DNA of 61,461 bases, the filler included, from Bonamia ostreae (lineage: Eukaryota), in the NCBI GenBank assembly GCA_040357525.1. It is 18 parts of 18 records of this genome, joined end to end, with 100 filler letters (N's around TTAATTAATTAA, not from the genome) between each part and the next. Parts side by side here need not be neighbours in the genome. Positions count along the whole stretch, not along the records: positions 58,165 to 61,461 come from JBDODL010000549.1; 17 more parts are not named here. One strand, 5' to 3'. Position numbers and translations under genes: made by a program. Below the pieces are notes generated by a model. The model worked only from the letters and a program-made list of their open reading frames with translations, was not told the DNA's origin and ran no database searches. The stretch's first letter is position 1. Each line of letters opens with the position of its first letter. Shown here piece by piece: positions 59,039 to 61,461 of this stretch.

Positions 59039-61355
59039 ATGTCTAATCTTAAGCGTAAATTGGATTCCGAGGAAAAACTAGATTTGACGATCGACAGAAT
59101 CGGAACTCCTTTTAGAAGTCTCACGATTGATATCAACAGACCAAAAGATAACTTTGGCCCAAACAAAAAACCCAAACAAGTTTTGTCGTCAATAGAATCC
59201 CAAGGAAGACGACGATTCCATGGTGCGTTTACTGGGGGTTTTTCGGCTGGTTATTTTAACACGGTTGGTTCTGAACAAGGCTTTACTCCTTCTGAATATA
59301 AGTCAACAAGAGAGAATAAATCTTCAAACAAAAAATTTCGTGTTTTTTAAATATGTTATTGTTTTTTAATAATATTTTGAAATGGGTAAAAAACAAAAAT
59401 ATTAAAATTTTTCTTTGCAAAGCCACAAGATTTCATGGATGACGAAGACATAAATTTACTGACTCAGTTGGGGGACATCCAAAATCAAAAAAATCAAAAA
59501 GCAAATGACCCCAAAAACAAATTTTTGGATTTGCTCTTTGAATCCAAAAACACGTCAAAAGGAGTCGAATTGTTGACCAAAATGGGCTGGAAAGAAGGAA
59601 GTGGTATCGGCCCAAGACGAAGAAGAAAAAATTTTGACAAATATTCTTCAAAATTTAGTTTGCCGGCTAGTGACATAGAAGTCTACAAATTCGAATCAAA
59701 AGTTGATGATTGTGGTTTTGGACACAAACCAAATTTGACTGGTAACCGAAATTCTGCTAAATTTGGCGCAAACCGCTCAAAAGTTAAATTTATCAAATTT
59801 TTCGATTTTGACAATTTTGATGATTTTGTTAGATTGATTTGTCGTCTAGAAATAATTTAACGAGTGCTTACGGTATAAGCGTTTTGGAGGAAAATGAAGC
59901 ACAAGACGATATTTATGGAACAGAAAAGTTGGACGACTACAATATTGAAATTCAAGACAAATCATCAGATGAAAATTCTGACAAAATTTTTTTAAATAAA
60001 AAAGACGAAAACTCCAAAAATGACTTTAATTACACAAAAAAGTTTTAAATTTGCAAATTTGAAAATTTTTTATAAACGTTTTTATATGAAACGTTTTATC
60101 AGAAAAACCAAAAAATAAAAAATTTTAAGAAATGGCGACCATTTTTATGGATTTGTGCTTGAAAAAAAGCTTTTTTTGAAGAATCGACATATCGATAGAA
60201 TACAAGTTCCAAAATGGTTCAAGGGAATACATAAGTTCGATTTACCTGGAATGAAATTGACTAAGGACTTATTAAAATTTAGCATCAAATTGCCGAAACG
60301 TAAAAACACCGCGAAGAACAAAAACATGAACGCGAAAAAAAGAGCTAAAATTTTGGGCGAAGTTAAGATTCCAGTTAGAAAAATTCCGGTTTCGTTGCAA
60401 AATGCTTTCACTGTTGGGACAGTTTTGGTTTTTAATATTTATTTTTTGTCAAAATTCGAAAATTAACAAATTAAGAAAGCAGAGATAAATGGATATTCTG
60501 AGGGAATAAACCATCGAAAAATTAAGTTGGAACCGTTTGAAAAAATGAAAAAAAAGTTTTCCGATGATATAAACAAACAAAAGCGATTTCATTATTTTAT
60601 CAATGAAATTTTAATGTTTGAGGCGATTAAAATAACCAGATTTGGATCGAATAAAAATGACGATGTTATTTTTAAATTTGTAAATTTTGGCAAATAGTTT
60701 TTTTGTAAAATTGAATTTTCTGTTTTTAGCAAAAATAGTTTTGTTTACAATTTTAAAATTTAGCCGAAAGAAGGAGAAAAAGAGGAATTTTTAAAAATCT
60801 TTGAAAAATTTGAGGAGCAAAATAAGAATCATCAATATTTTGCAAAAAGACGAAAAATCAAGAATTCGAGAGAATTGGCAACAAAGAAAATAACAAGAAC
60901 TTCTGAAAATTGGCGTCCCGAGCGATTGCTTTGTAAACGATTTGATGTACCGGATCCGTACAAAGAGTTTATAAAGAAAATGGGCATTGACGATAATATA
61001 AAAATAGATCTGGGCGACAATAATGTTAAGCGGAATGACAAAAAGATAACTGGTTATTATTAAAAATATCAAATTTTGAATCCGAATTAATTTACGTTTT
61101 GTAAATAAAAATCAACCAAAATTAAATTTTACAATATTTAAATTTCGAAAATTTGATAAAATAAAAGATTCTGACAGTGATTCGGAAACATCTGATCAAT
61201 CGGAGAATGACGGTAAACCAGCAACAGAAATGTTGAAAGCTATTTTCGAGGCATCAGATTCTGAACTAATTGAGTCTGAAGATTCTTCAGAAGAAAATGA
61301 GTCCCAAAATATTTTAAAATTAAATCGCATAAATAAAACCGAAGGTGATTTATAA
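59039..61355 (+). CDS. GPATCH1: G-patch domain-containing protein 1
   Basis: GRRRFHGAFTGGFSAGYFNTVGSEQGFTPS, PQDFMDDED, G-patch GVELLTKMGWKEGSGIGPR, WRPERLLCKRFDVPDPY. 3' end approximate. Confidence 0.95.
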
Positions 61356-61461
61356 AAATGGCAAATTTAAGCAAATTTGAAGTTATTTAGAGAAGATAAT
61401 TTGATATAAAAAAGCTAAATTTTAAATAAAAAGTAACGAAATTGATTCCAATTATAAAACG

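Noticed and set aside
57600-59040. Functional clustering of SAMHD1 with neighbouring contigs or TEs as a defence island
   Set aside because: Adjacency across linkers is an artefact of size sorting.
1-61461. Alternative genetic code or programmed frameshifting to explain fragmented ORFs
   Set aside because: Nearly every in-frame stop or frame change examined is removed by a short GT-AG intron that restores conserved motifs; TAA, TAG and TGA all terminate genes.

Overview
This is not one locus. It is 18 unrelated eukaryotic contigs of about 3.3 kb, sorted by decreasing length (3343 to 3297 nt) and joined by artificial 100-nt linkers (N44-TTAATTAATTAA-N44). Sixteen contigs come from a compact, AT-rich protist genome using the standard code. 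Its genes are broken by ultra-short GT-AG introns (18-26 nt, mode about 20 nt, mostly GTT(T) donors and A-rich acceptors), plus a second class of long introns inflated by tandem repeats. This architecture suggests an ascetosporean/haplosporidian parasite such as Bonamia; that is an inference and cannot be proven here. Manual splicing recovers these genes: two Ser/Thr kinases, RRP12, condensin CAP-G, a class-3 lipase, a 7TM-RGS protein, importin-alpha, a SYP7-like SNARE, mitoribosomal mL54/bL33m/uL11m, ICT1, THOC5, an SR protein, PRIM1, VDAC, an Afi1/MesA-like protein, ACSL, an Arf-like GTPase, SMC3, PRP6, CCT8, ELP4, an oxalate-CoA ligase-like enzyme, RSL1D1, LCMT1, a SAMHD1-like protein, GPATCH1 and two Cys-rich Sushi/CCP-like proteins. 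One contig is a decayed Tc1-like transposon nested in a decayed LINE, and one looks like animal (host) DNA. The best leads are the micro-intron system, a 54-nt tandem array that parses as repeated symmetric 24-nt micro-exons with 30-nt introns, duplicated decoy 3' splice sites, a recurrent AAGCT(T) motif just upstream of start codons, and a secreted protein with 4 repeats of 3 CCP-like modules. No rRNA, tRNA or CRISPR array was seen. All product calls rest on motif recognition by eye, without database searches.
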